This document shows positions 19,907-29,390 of a DNA stretch of 64,000 bases, piece after piece. The notes beneath the pieces are model-generated. The model saw nothing but the letters and a program-made list of their open reading frames with translations. It was not told where the DNA came from and searched no databases. A program made the position numbers and the translations under genes. The stretch comes from a bacterium (lineage in GTDB: Bacteria > UBA8248): positions 3,680,001 through 3,744,000 of the forward strand of contig OZ242260.1 of the NCBI GenBank assembly GCA_965207065.1, given 5' to 3'. Position 1 is the first letter of the stretch. Each line of letters opens with the position of its first letter.

Positions 19907-20953
19907 ATGCCCCCACGCACGAAGGATGGCCCCAAACTTCTGGCGGGAGGGGACATCGCCATCAACCGCTCGGAGGCGAAAGGCGCTTTCGGCAAGCTGA
20001 TTCCCCTCCTCCGGGAAGCGGACGTCTCTTTCGCCAATCTGGAACTGCCGCTGTCGCACAACGGAAAACCCGCGCCCGAGAAAATTCTGCTGCGCGGCGC
20101 GCCGGATATGGCCCACGCCCTCACCGAAGCGGGCTTCGACGTCATGGCCTTTGCGAATAACCATGTGCTCGACTATGGGGAGGGCGCCTTTGCGGAAACC
20201 ATGTCGCTCATGGACTCTCTGGGCGTTGCGCTCGTGGGCGGCGGCATGAACCTCGCACAGGCGAGGAAGCCCGTTCTCATCGAGCGCGGAAGCCTCAAGG
20301 TCGGCTTTCTGGCGTATTGCTCCGTCATCCCGAGAGGGTTCGAGGCGACTGCATCTGATCCGGGCGTGAACCCCATACGCGCCCACACGGCCTATCGCCC
20401 CTGGCGTGACCTCTCCGAATACCCCGGTACCCCGCCGCGAATCGACACATGGGCGGAACCCGCCCATCTCGCGCGCATGAAGCGCGACATCAGAAATTTG
20501 AAGAAACAAGCGGACCTGGTCGTGGTGAACCACCACTGGGGCACGAGCATGACGCACGAGGTGATGGATTTTGAGCGGGAAATCGCCCACGCCAGCATCG
20601 ACGCGGGCGCGGACCTCGTTTTAGGCGGGCATCCGCACGTTCTCCAGGCGATTGAATTTTACAAGGGCGCGCCCATCGTCTACAGCATGGGGAACCTGAT
20701 CTTCGATTTTGAAATTCCATTCTTCACAGACGAAACGCACGACACCTTCCTGTTCGGCTGCACCCTGACCAAGCAGGGAGTGGGAGAACTCTATCTGATG
20801 CCCGTGACGGCCGGCGTATTTTCCAAACCCAGGCTCCATTCTCCCAGCCGGGGAGATGGCCGCCGAATCGTCGACGTGATGAACGCGCTCAACGAGCCAT
20901 TCGGGACCAGGCTGAAAGTTCAGGATGATCGTGTATTGATATCCGCCCCCTGA
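19907..20953 (+). CDS. CapA/PGA_cap-family metallophosphoesterase-like protein
   Basis: GGD, ANLE, ANNHVLDYG, HWG, GGHPHVLQ, YSMGN; starts 4 nt after the ATPase stop. Confidence 0.9.
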   Translation: MPPRTKDGPKLLAGGDIAINRSEAKGAFGKLIPLLREADVSFANLELPLSHNGKPAPEKILLRGAPDMAHALTEAGFDVMAFANNHVLDYGEGAFAETMSLMDSLGVALVGGGMNLAQARKPVLIERGSLKVGFLAYCSVIPRGFEATASDPGVNPIRAHTAYRPWRDLSEYPGTPPRIDTWAEPAHLARMKRDIRNLKKQADLVVVNHHWGTSMTHEVMDFEREIAHASIDAGADLVLGGHPHVLQAIEFYKGAPIVYSMGNLIFDFEIPFFTDETHDTFLFGCTLTKQGVGELYLMPVTAGVFSKPRLHSPSRGDGRRIVDVMNALNEPFGTRLKVQDDRVLISAP

Positions 20954-21016
20954 AAACTCACACCCGCGTAGGCTTCAATTACCCTCACCCGACGTATTTT
21001 CCCTTTCCGGAATCCT

Positions 21017-21376
21017 CTAACTCAGCACCCCTTCAGCATCGCGGACCGGCCCCTTGATGATGATGGCCTGCATCTTCTCGCCCACAGCCGCCGTCTTGTG
21101 CTCCATGCCTGCCGGAATGAACGCCACAGCCCCCGGGTAGAGGTCGATTTTCTCGCCGTGCGTTTCCGTATAGCCCCGCCCGCTCAGCACCCAGATGACT
21201 TCCTCCTGTCCGGGATGCGCGTGCGGCTCATGCGGGGTCGCAGGGTCGTACTCGGTGAGTCCCACGCGCACGTGCTCGGAGCCGTTCGCTGTCGGACTCA
21301 CCAGGATTTTTGTCTGCCCCCACTCCACGGGCTTGAAAGCAGTTTTTGCAACGTCCACCACTGATTTTTCCGGCAT
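21017..21376 (-). CDS. Cupin domain protein
   Basis: HAHPGQEE...VLSGRG and PGAVAFIPAGMEH cupin motifs. Confidence 0.9.
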   Translation of the reverse strand: MPEKSVVDVAKTAFKPVEWGQTKILVSPTANGSEHVRVGLTEYDPATPHEPHAHPGQEEVIWVLSGRGYTETHGEKIDLYPGAVAFIPAGMEHKTAAVGEKMQAIIIKGPVRDAEGVLS

Positions 21377-21421
21377 TTTTCATCTCCTGTATATTACTTT
21401 AATAACTCCCTGTAACTTGTT

Positions 21422-22477
21422 CTATTTCAATCGGTTTCTTACGGCATCTCCGCATTCTTTCGTAGTCAACTTCCCCCCGAGATCCGCCGTACGTTCCCCG
21501 TGCGCGATGGCCCCTTCCACGGCGCGCCGGATGGCCGCTCCGCCCTCTCCGCAGCCGAGATGGTCCAGCAGCAGAGCGCCCGTCAAAATGGCCGCCATCG
21601 GGTTGGCGATGCCGCGTCCATAGATATCAGGAGCCGTGCCGTGCACCGGTTCGAACATCGAAACCCCCTCGAGATTCACGTTCGCAGAAGGCGCAAGACC
21701 CAGCCCGCCCACGAGGCCCGAAGTGACGTCGCTCAGGATGTCGCCAAACATGTTGTTGGTAACGATGACGTCGAATTCACTCGGATGCTGGATTACCTCC
21801 ATCGCCACCGCGTCGATGTGCTTGGCTTCGGACTCGATATCTTCAAAATCCGCCCTCACCTCATCGAACACGCGCCGCCAGATCCCGCCTGCGTAGCGAA
21901 GCCCGCTCGCCTTGTCCGCCATAGTGACTTTTCTGCGCTTATGACGCCTCGCGAAATCGAACGACGCCCTTATGACGCGCTCCACCCCCTTGTATGTGTG
22001 CACTTCTTCCTGCAGGGCGACCTCGTCTTTCGTACCCTGCTTGAAAAATCCGCCCACGTTCACGAACAGGCCCTCGGTGTTCTCGCGCACTACCACGTGG
22101 TCGACCTCCCCTGCCCCTTTATTCTTGAGCGGCGTCAAATCCTCGTGATAAAGCCTGCAGGGACGGATGTTGGCGTATAAGTCCAGCCCGAAGCGGACCC
22201 CCAGAATCACCTCTTCCTGCACGATCGAGCCGGGAACCCGCGGATCACCGATGGCGCCTTGAAACACGGCGTCGAAGCCCGCTCGAAGCGTATCGCACCC
22301 GTCTTCGGGCATGCCCCTGCCCTGCTCCAGATACCGATCGCTTCCCCAGTCGAAGTATTCGAAATCTACCGGAAACGTGGCCGCCTCCGCCGCCGCCTTG
22401 AGCGTCTCCTCCGCTTCGGGCATCACTTCGTTCGCAATACCGTCTCCACGCACCACCGCTATGCGAGCCACTTTCAT
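21422..22477 (-). CDS. Isocitrate/isopropylmalate/tartrate dehydrogenase family protein
   Basis: GDGIANEV, LYANIRP, RENTEG, NMFGDILSD, FEPVHGTAPDI. Confidence 0.9.
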   Translation of the reverse strand: MKVARIAVVRGDGIANEVMPEAEETLKAAAEAATFPVDFEYFDWGSDRYLEQGRGMPEDGCDTLRAGFDAVFQGAIGDPRVPGSIVQEEVILGVRFGLDLYANIRPCRLYHEDLTPLKNKGAGEVDHVVVRENTEGLFVNVGGFFKQGTKDEVALQEEVHTYKGVERVIRASFDFARRHKRRKVTMADKASGLRYAGGIWRRVFDEVRADFEDIESEAKHIDAVAMEVIQHPSEFDVIVTNNMFGDILSDVTSGLVGGLGLAPSANVNLEGVSMFEPVHGTAPDIYGRGIANPMAAILTGALLLDHLGCGEGGAAIRRAVEGAIAHGERTADLGGKLTTKECGDAVRNRLK

Positions 22478-22652
22478 CTCTCCCCTGTTCCAAAGCGTAA
22501 ATCCCGGAAAGAAGCGCATTCTGACAAAAGGCGAGCACCACCCGCAAGGTGCTGCGCACTCCTGTGAGACTTCCCGAAAAACGCAAAGAAAGGCTAAGAT
22601 GGCACGGCATTTACAGCATCAACAATAGTCAACATTTTTCGAGGAGGTTTTC

Positions 22653-23750
22653 ATGGTCGAGTCCGGTCCCCTGCCCGAAGGCACGGTAAGGTTTCCCCCC
22701 GAAGTCGTCGAAGAGTTCGTCTACACCATATTCCGCAGCAAGGACGTGCCCGAAGATGACGCCCACCTGGTGGCGAAAGTATTGGTCAGCGCCGATTTGA
22801 GAGGCATACGCAGCCACGGGGCGGCGCGGCTGACGTTCTTCATGGTTCGCCTCGAAAACGGCGTACTCAACAGCAGACCCGACATGAAGTTCTTCAAGGG
22901 AAGCGACACCACCGGCCTTCTCGACGCGGACGACGCCATCGGCATCGTCGCCTCGAACCGTGCGATGGACGAAGCCCTCGCCATGGCGGAAAAGCATGGT
23001 TCCGGCTTCGTGACCGTCCGCAACAGCAGCCACTTCGGCTATGCAGGCTATTGGGCCAAGAAGGCGATGGAAGCGGGCTATATCGGCATCAGCATGACGA
23101 ACGGCGGACGCCGCACCGCCCCCACTTTTGGGGGGGAAGCGCTCTTCGGCACCAACCCGATGAGCGTGGCGATACCCGGCGGACCGGGAGGAACCGATTT
23201 TCACCTCGACATGGCCACCGCCGTGACAGCCGTCGGTAAAATCGAGACGGCCCTGCGCGAAGGCCGGGAAATTCCCAAAGGCTGGGTGCTCTCCTCGATG
23301 GGAACGCCTACCTTGAACGAGAAGAGCATCCTGAACTACGAGGTGCCGCTCGCTCCCCTGGGCGGCGAAGGAGACGAGAACGGGGGCCACAAGGGCTATG
23401 GCCTACAACTCATGATCGAACTTCTGTGCGGCGTGCTCTCGGGCGCGGGCCTTGAGAGCCGCATGGCGGGCGCATCAGGTACGGCGAAATCCGCCACGGG
23501 TCATTTCATGGGCGCAATCAAGATGTCGGGCTTCAGGGACTTATCCGCCATGTTCGGGGACATGGGGAAACTCTTCGACGTCATCCGGGGCGCAAAGAAG
23601 GCACCGGGCCACGACCGTATCTACATCCACGGTGAGCCCGAGGCGATCGCCGAGGAGGAGAACAGGCGCATCGGCGTACCCATCACACCTGCCGTCCTGG
23701 AGCAGATACAAAGGCTGAACGAAGAGCTTGAACTCGGTTTCGAGCTTTGA
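22653..23750 (+). CDS. Ldh_2-family oxidoreductase (malate/L-sulfolactate/ureidoglycolate dehydrogenase-like), paralog 1
   Basis: ADLRGIRSHG, RNSSHFG, GTNP, LDMAT, HKGYGL. Confidence 0.9.
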   Translation: MVESGPLPEGTVRFPPEVVEEFVYTIFRSKDVPEDDAHLVAKVLVSADLRGIRSHGAARLTFFMVRLENGVLNSRPDMKFFKGSDTTGLLDADDAIGIVASNRAMDEALAMAEKHGSGFVTVRNSSHFGYAGYWAKKAMEAGYIGISMTNGGRRTAPTFGGEALFGTNPMSVAIPGGPGGTDFHLDMATAVTAVGKIETALREGREIPKGWVLSSMGTPTLNEKSILNYEVPLAPLGGEGDENGGHKGYGLQLMIELLCGVLSGAGLESRMAGASGTAKSATGHFMGAIKMSGFRDLSAMFGDMGKLFDVIRGAKKAPGHDRIYIHGEPEAIAEEENRRIGVPITPAVLEQIQRLNEELELGFEL

Positions 23751-23776
23751 AGTTTCAGGTGCTTCAGAGGTGGTTT

Positions 23777-24382
23777 TCAGGAACGAACCGCTTGTCTTAG
23801 ATATTCGACAATCGCGGGAGCGTCCCATTTGCGGGCGCCGATAACTTTCTGCAAGAGACGGCCCTGGCGGTCCACGATGAACGTCTCCGGCACGCCTGTC
23901 GTGCGGTAGAGTTTCTTGATGCTCCCGCGCGGGTCGAGCAGAATCGGGAACGTGAGGCCGAAGCGATCGACGAATTTCCGGACAGCGTCCGCTCCCAGGG
24001 CGTCGATGCTTACCGCCAGGATCTCGAACGGCGCGCCGTCTTTTTTCATCCGGGCGTAGAGGCGCTGCAAATCCGGCATCTCATCCAGACACGGAACGCA
24101 CCACGTTGCCCACACGTTGATGAGCACCACCTTGTTCTTCAGACTCGCCAGGGAGGAAGTCCCCCCGCCCAGAAGCGGATACTCGAAAAGCGGAACCTGG
24201 CCGCCGGTTTCGAGTTTGGGGGCGGGCGTCTCTTCGACTCGTTCCGTCGTCAGACGCTCACCGACCGCCCAGAGCAGCGTCAGCAGAAGTGGAGCCAGGA
24301 TGAACGCCAGGGCCAGCCGTTTCGCTTTTCGCTGGTCAGGTCTCGAGCTTTTAGACGCTTCCATGCCTTCAGCTTTTCTCAT
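23777..24382 (-). CDS. TlpA/ResA/CcmG-like thiol-disulfide oxidoreductase
   Basis: N-terminal TM, NVWATWCVPC, GVPETF. Confidence 0.9.
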   Translation of the reverse strand: MRKAEGMEASKSSRPDQRKAKRLALAFILAPLLLTLLWAVGERLTTERVEETPAPKLETGGQVPLFEYPLLGGGTSSLASLKNKVVLINVWATWCVPCLDEMPDLQRLYARMKKDGAPFEILAVSIDALGADAVRKFVDRFGLTFPILLDPRGSIKKLYRTTGVPETFIVDRQGRLLQKVIGARKWDAPAIVEYLRQAVRS

Positions 24383-25052
24383 CGAGCAGATGTCCTACGA
24401 GAGCAAAAGCAGCCTCACTGTCCCATTCGCGGGGGCCTACGCCATAGCCCACAACTTGGCCTTTTCTGTCCAGGAGATACGATGTCGGCAGTCCCCGCAC
24501 CTTGTAAAGCGCCTTCGCCCTGTGCTCGGGGTCGAGGACGATGGGAAAAGTCAGTTTCAATTTCGCTACGAAATCACGCACTTCCTGCTCATTGCCCTGG
24601 TCCAGCGATATCGCAACTATCTCGAGGCCTTGCGGCTTAAACTTCGCATATAGCCGCTCCATTGAAGGCATTTCACGGATGCACGGCTGACACCAAGTCG
24701 CCCAGAAATTCACCAGTACGAGTTTCCCCGCGTGCTGTGTGAGGGAATGATTCTGCCCATCCAGAGCTTTGAGCAACACATCCGGGGCATCGGCGCGCTT
24801 GGCCTGCTTCAGAAAAATCATGTCGCGGTACAGGGCGGCGTCATCCCCCGCGAACAGCTTGCCCTCTGGCTGCGCTTGCTTTACCTCAATCTCCCGGGTC
24901 GGCGTCGCATCTTGATTCCCGAAATGCACCATCATCCAGACCACCAGGACGAGGCTGATAACCATCCCAATCAGCCGCCACTTGATGCTCCTGCGTTTTG
25001 GAGAAATCCCATCGAGGTTTCTGGCAAGTTCGGACTTGGGATTATAGTTCAT
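24369..25052 (-). CDS. Second TlpA/ResA/CcmG-like thiol-disulfide oxidoreductase
   Basis: TM segment, NFWATWCQPC, GLPTSY; start moved to ATG 25052. Confidence 0.88.
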   Translation of the reverse strand: MNYNPKSELARNLDGISPKRRSIKWRLIGMVISLVLVVWMMVHFGNQDATPTREIEVKQAQPEGKLFAGDDAALYRDMIFLKQAKRADAPDVLLKALDGQNHSLTQHAGKLVLVNFWATWCQPCIREMPSMERLYAKFKPQGLEIVAISLDQGNEQEVRDFVAKLKLTFPIVLDPEHRAKALYKVRGLPTSYLLDRKGQVVGYGVGPREWDSEAAFALVGHLLDEKS

Positions 25053-25083
25053 CAAAAACTCCCGGCTTGCGGAGTATGGCGGC

Positions 25084-25572
25084 TCAACCCTCGAAATCAC
25101 CAAGCTCGCGCTGCAGACGATTTTCAAGAGAGTCATCCGAGGCGGCGACACGCGGGACTTCTCTGCTGACTTGGTTTTGCTCTGCCTCTTCCGGGCGTCT
25201 TGCCCATGACCTCACAAGGACGAAGACAACGCCGAAGCCCGCCAGCAACCCTCCGAATGGAAGAAGCCAGGCGGTGAGATAAAAACCCTCCGCCGGTGGT
25301 TTGGGCAAAACGTCTCTACCGTATACTTCAACGAAATACTGGACGATCTGCTCTTTCGACTCCCCGGCGAATATCTTGCGGCGCACGAGTTCACGGAGTT
25401 GGGCGCCCTCACTGCTTGGGCAGTCATGCAACAGTTTTCCGGGGCAGACCGGACTCATGAGGGCGCTTGCCACCTCGGAGAATGTGGTCTTGGCTCCCGG
25501 CGAGGCGGCCTGCACCGCCTGATGCGGATAAATGACGATTACAAGACACAAGGCGAGCAAAATACGCATCAT
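25084..25572 (-). CDS. ccmH: Cytochrome c maturation protein CcmH (atypical Cys motif)
   Basis: LMSPVCPGKLLHDC, GESKEQIVQYFVEVYG, AWLLP; position in the ccm operon. Confidence 0.8.
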   Translation of the reverse strand: MMRILLALCLVIVIYPHQAVQAASPGAKTTFSEVASALMSPVCPGKLLHDCPSSEGAQLRELVRRKIFAGESKEQIVQYFVEVYGRDVLPKPPAEGFYLTAWLLPFGGLLAGFGVVFVLVRSWARRPEEAEQNQVSREVPRVAASDDSLENRLQRELGDFEG

Positions 25573-25703
25573 GGGGAATCTTCCCTTGGGTTAAGTTTTT
25601 TCTCCTCCTCCACCAAAATATCCATCCGCGCCTTGAGAGTCCACCAATAAAGCGCGAACCCGCCCAAAACGACGATGTACGCCGCCGCCACGTAGCCCAT
25701 CAT
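25569..25703 (-). CDS. ccmD: CcmD-like small membrane protein
   Basis: 44 aa MMGYVAAAYIVVLGGFALYWWTL then charged tail; ATGA overlaps with ccmC stop and ccmH start. Confidence 0.75.
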   Translation of the reverse strand: MMGYVAAAYIVVLGGFALYWWTLKARMDILVEEEKKLNPREDSP

Positions 25704-26398
25704 GCTCCCTCCCGCGCGGCGCGGGCTTCTTCCACCCGCGCGTTCAGACACTCGATCTGCGCGCGCTTTCGGACAAAACAGACGAACAGGAGCATAAAGG
25801 CCAGCAAGGTGCTCCACAAGGCGACGTGCATGGAATCGGGCAAGTCCCTTAGTCCGCCAGAGCGCATTACCACGGGCTTGGGATGCAGCGTACGCCACCA
25901 TTCCACCGACATGTGCACGATGGGCACGTTCAGGAAACCGACAATCCCCATCACGGCGGCGAAACGCGCCCTTTGTTCGGGTTCCGTCATATAGGCGCGC
26001 AGCATCAGATATCCCACGTATATCATCCACAGGATGAGCGTGGTGGTGAGTCTAGCGTCCCACGTCCACCACACGCCCCATACCGGCCGCGCCCAGATTG
26101 GGCCGGTGATGAGCACCAGCGTGCAGAAGACGACCCCCGACTCCGCGCAGGCGTGCGCGCGGATGTCGTCGTCCGGATTCCTTCTCGCCAGATATTTAAT
26201 TGAAAAAATGAAGACCAGGAAAAAAGCGAAATATGCCACCCAGGCCGATGGGACGTGTATGTAGAAAATCCGTTGTGGCACTCCCTGGAGCCTGTCGGTG
26301 CCGGCGATAAAAAAATCCGCGAAAATAGCGAAAGCAAGAATGACCAGTGTGAGAACCGGCAACCACTGAAAGACGCCCCGCTCGTCTCGATACATCAT
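25700..26398 (-). CDS. ccmC: Heme exporter / cytochrome c maturation protein CcmC
   Basis: FYIHVPSAW, WWD motif WGVWWTWDARLT, WWRTLHP. Confidence 0.95.
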   Translation of the reverse strand: MMYRDERGVFQWLPVLTLVILAFAIFADFFIAGTDRLQGVPQRIFYIHVPSAWVAYFAFFLVFIFSIKYLARRNPDDDIRAHACAESGVVFCTLVLITGPIWARPVWGVWWTWDARLTTTLILWMIYVGYLMLRAYMTEPEQRARFAAVMGIVGFLNVPIVHMSVEWWRTLHPKPVVMRSGGLRDLPDSMHVALWSTLLAFMLLFVCFVRKRAQIECLNARVEEARAAREGA

Positions 26399-26474
26399 GC
26401 GCTCCTCCCTGAGGTGCAGAGCGGCGGCAGGGAATAAAGTAACATAATAAATACAGAGGCATAACTCATTGATA

Positions 26475-27164
26475 TTATTCTTCTAGAATATATTCGAAAA
26501 CCAAAGAGGCGGCCACCAGGAATACAACATCATACACCAACATCAAGCGAATCCAATCCCTTGAATCCGCCCAACCGCCACCGCCGAGATGAGCTTCGGT
26601 CGCCTTGGCTGCGGCGATCAGAACAGGCACGAGAACGGGAAACATCAAGACGGGCAGCAAGACCTCGCGCGTTCGCGTGCGCGCGCTCATTGCTGAGAAC
26701 AAAGTACCCGCAGCCGCGATTCCAACTGTGGCGGATATGGCGACGAGCGCAAGTGCACCGGCCGATTTCCACACGTTCGCTTGATAGAGAACGGCCAGAA
26801 CGGCGAAGCCCACCAGTTCCATAATCCCCATCAAAACGGCCACGGACACCACTTTGCCCAAGTACAGCGCGGAGGGGTCGGAAGGACTCAGGTACATGGC
26901 CGAAAACCCCGCACTCTCGCGCTCCACGCTCATGGTCCGAGAAAGCCCGATGACACAGGCGAACAAGAAGGATATCCACAGAATACCCGCCTGCACGGCG
27001 CGGGCGTTCTCTCCGCTGCCGCCCCCCGGGCCAAAGGCGAAGCTGAACAACGTGAGCACCAGCAGCGCAAAAACCACCATGACGAGTAGGCTTTCCTTCG
27101 TCCGCCATTCTAGGCGCAAATCCTTTTCCACGACCGCGAATAGGACGGAGAAAAAACGCCTCAT
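26475..27164 (-). CDS. ccmB: Cytochrome c maturation ABC permease CcmB
   Basis: KDLRLEWR, LYLGK, REVLLPVLMFPVLVPVLI. Confidence 0.92.
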   Translation of the reverse strand: MRRFFSVLFAVVEKDLRLEWRTKESLLVMVVFALLVLTLFSFAFGPGGGSGENARAVQAGILWISFLFACVIGLSRTMSVERESAGFSAMYLSPSDPSALYLGKVVSVAVLMGIMELVGFAVLAVLYQANVWKSAGALALVAISATVGIAAAGTLFSAMSARTRTREVLLPVLMFPVLVPVLIAAAKATEAHLGGGGWADSRDWIRLMLVYDVVFLVAASLVFEYILEE

Positions 27165-27865
27165 GCCGGACCTTCGGAGGACTCATCGAACGCGGCCAAC
27201 AACTCTTCTTCTTTCGAATTATCAGCATTCCCCTCATAGGCAAGCCTGCCACCACCTAAAACGGCGATCCTGCCCGCCATATCAAAGGCTTTTGACAGGT
27301 CGTGCGTCGTAAACACCACGATGCGAGCATGATGCTCGCAAAGCGCACGCACGACGCTCTCCAGACGTCCGGCGGCTTCGGGGTCAAGGCCGGAGAATGG
27401 CTCATCGAGCAAAACGACTTCAGGATCGTGTAAAAGCGCGCGCGCAAGGGATGCGCGCTGCCTGAGGCCCTGGCTCAATACGCGCACGGGCTCAGCGAGA
27501 CGATCCGTAATGCCGAGCGTCTCCGCCAACAACTCCACACGCCCCGAAATATCTCCACTCTCCATGCCAAAGAGCTTGGCGAAATAGCCGAGGTTTTCAC
27601 GTATCGTCAGACCTGCATAGAGCATGGGTTCGTGTGTGAGCAGGCCGATTCCACCCTTCGCCTCGCGGGAGATCGGCTCCCCGCCTACCCTCACCGTTCC
27701 TTCCGTGGGCATCAACAGACCGGCAAAGGTTTTGAGAAGCGTGGTCTTGCCCGAGCCGTTCTTGCCAAGAAGAGCCAGCGTCTCTCCTGGGGAGACGGAC
27801 AGGTTCAAATCCTTGAGCGCCCACCTCCATCCATATCGCCTGGATACGCCAAGAGCCTCCAGCAC
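27161..27865 (-). CDS. ccmA: Cytochrome c maturation ABC ATPase CcmA
   Basis: GKNGSGKTT, LSQG, LLDEPFSGLD; overlaps ccmB. Confidence 0.9.
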   Translation of the reverse strand: MLEALGVSRRYGWRWALKDLNLSVSPGETLALLGKNGSGKTTLLKTFAGLLMPTEGTVRVGGEPISREAKGGIGLLTHEPMLYAGLTIRENLGYFAKLFGMESGDISGRVELLAETLGITDRLAEPVRVLSQGLRQRASLARALLHDPEVVLLDEPFSGLDPEAAGRLESVVRALCEHHARIVVFTTHDLSKAFDMAGRIAVLGGGRLAYEGNADNSKEEELLAAFDESSEGPA

Positions 27866-27878
27866 GGCATCCGCCCTC

Positions 27879-28781
27879 TTAGTCCGAGAGTTCTTTCAGG
27901 CGCTCGTAACGCGTTGCGCGCTCGCGGCCATGATCGTCGGCGGAAATCTCTCCCGCTGCAAGCCTGTCATCGAGCAAAGCGATGGCGCGCAGTATCTCCT
28001 CGCGCTCCACCTGGGCGGAGTAGGCCGTGTTCCTTTTTCTGCGGATGTAAACCCCCACCCCCAGGCTCAAGACGACCATAACGCCACCTACGATGTAAAA
28101 AACACCCAAGCCGCCCATCGAATCGGGCGCCTGCATATCGATCTGCACCACCGCACCCGCCTTCGCAGTCCCCACGAAACGATTGTATTCCCTGTTCTGA
28201 AACTTGACGTCGGGCTGTACTGAAAGGCCGATAGCCTGGGCCTGTACGCGATCTTTCTCGGGCAGGACGGCCAGACTCGGTGTGTCGTAAAGAATCGGTT
28301 TTTCCACCCTGATGCCGCCGAATTCATCCTCGAGCCGATAAAGCAGGACGATAAATTTACGTCCCGGTGGTATGGGTTCGCTCGTTCTCAGTTCATTCCC
28401 CACAGAGGCGAGGAATTTAGGGTCCAACCCGGAGGGCGCCGCGCCCCATCGCGCTCTGGGGTTTCTGATGTTGCTGCTTCTCGGCAAAACGAAGCGCAGC
28501 GTGGGAGCGCCGCCTTTCGAGACGATGGTGGCGCTGCCCTCGTTCTCGAAATCCATCATCTCCACAAACTCGAAAAAACCCTTCTCCAGCCGGATGGTGA
28601 CGATGTCGCGTTTGAGCTTGAGACGGGAGAGGTCGGTCGTCGTGGGGCCTGAGGTTTGAACCTTCGCCTTGGGCGGCGCGGCCTGTAATTTCGCCGTACC
28701 CGCATATGAGAAGACGGGCGCGGAACAGGCCACGAATAAGCTCAGGAAGATAAATGACCAAGTGGGTCTGAAGCGTTTCAA
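27879..28781 (-). CDS. Exported, C-terminally anchored hypothetical protein in the ccm operon
   Basis: Signal peptide, beta-rich body, TM segment, tail EREEILRAIALLDDRLAAGEISADD. Confidence 0.75.
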   Translation of the reverse strand: MKRFRPTWSFIFLSLFVACSAPVFSYAGTAKLQAAPPKAKVQTSGPTTTDLSRLKLKRDIVTIRLEKGFFEFVEMMDFENEGSATIVSKGGAPTLRFVLPRSSNIRNPRARWGAAPSGLDPKFLASVGNELRTSEPIPPGRKFIVLLYRLEDEFGGIRVEKPILYDTPSLAVLPEKDRVQAQAIGLSVQPDVKFQNREYNRFVGTAKAGAVVQIDMQAPDSMGGLGVFYIVGGVMVVLSLGVGVYIRRKRNTAYSAQVEREEILRAIALLDDRLAAGEISADDHGRERATRYERLKELSD

Positions 28782-29389
28782 CTTAGCTGGCGCCCACAGG
28801 CGGCGCAGAAATTATCCGTTTGGCTCACGGCGTTGCCGCACGAGGCGCAAAACCGGGGTTTCGGGCTTTTCGCTTGCTCATCAGATGGCGGATCGGCCAA
28901 TTCAACTGGCGATTTACCCACCTGTTTTCTATAGCGCAGGATTTCCGCCTCCAGGCGCTCATCGAGCGAGTGTGGCTTCTCAATCACGACTTTTTCGGTT
29001 GGCGGGCGTTTCGTTTCGAGCCGTGCCGCCGCCTCGGTCGCTTCTCGTTCGCTAATTCGAACGGGCGCCATGCCCTCCTTCACCCCTCGGGCATCGAGGC
29101 GTCTGAGCACCCCTACCGCACGGGCGCGTGCAGGCGTCATCATCTGGTCGTAGTCTTCATCGGAGAGCTTGCCCATCTCCTTGTCGAACTCGATATCCAT
29201 GATGTTCTTGTAGGCCTGCTCACGCTCCATCAACAGTCGCGTCACCTCCCGGTCCGTAAGCGGCTGAGCGCTATCCTCATCCGGCAAGACGCCCTGGGCC
29301 GTCTGGGGGCGCATGATGGGCAAGATGGTGTAGAAAAACGCCGCGCCTACGGCCCCTGTAGCGATGATGACCCCCAGAATTTCCATCAC
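28778..29389 (-). CDS. CcmI N-terminal-like membrane protein with C-terminal zinc ribbon
   Basis: TM, EREQAYKNIMDIEFDKEMGKLSDEDY (CcmI-N-like), FCASCG...FCAACG. Confidence 0.75.
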   Translation of the reverse strand: MMEILGVIIATGAVGAAFFYTILPIMRPQTAQGVLPDEDSAQPLTDREVTRLLMEREQAYKNIMDIEFDKEMGKLSDEDYDQMMTPARARAVGVLRRLDARGVKEGMAPVRISEREATEAAARLETKRPPTEKVVIEKPHSLDERLEAEILRYRKQVGKSPVELADPPSDEQAKSPKPRFCASCGNAVSQTDNFCAACGRQLS

Positions 29390-29390
29390 G

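Noticed and set aside
14566..20145. Long antisense ORFs (e.g. 14566-15570, 17680-18771, 18838-20145; similar ones at 1697-2719, 41713-42843, 60452-61450)
   Set aside because: They mirror well-supported genes, have no motifs, and are expected shadows of high-GC codon usage
19907..20953. Poly-gamma-glutamate capsule locus
   Set aside because: No capB/capC and no membrane anchor on the CapA homolog
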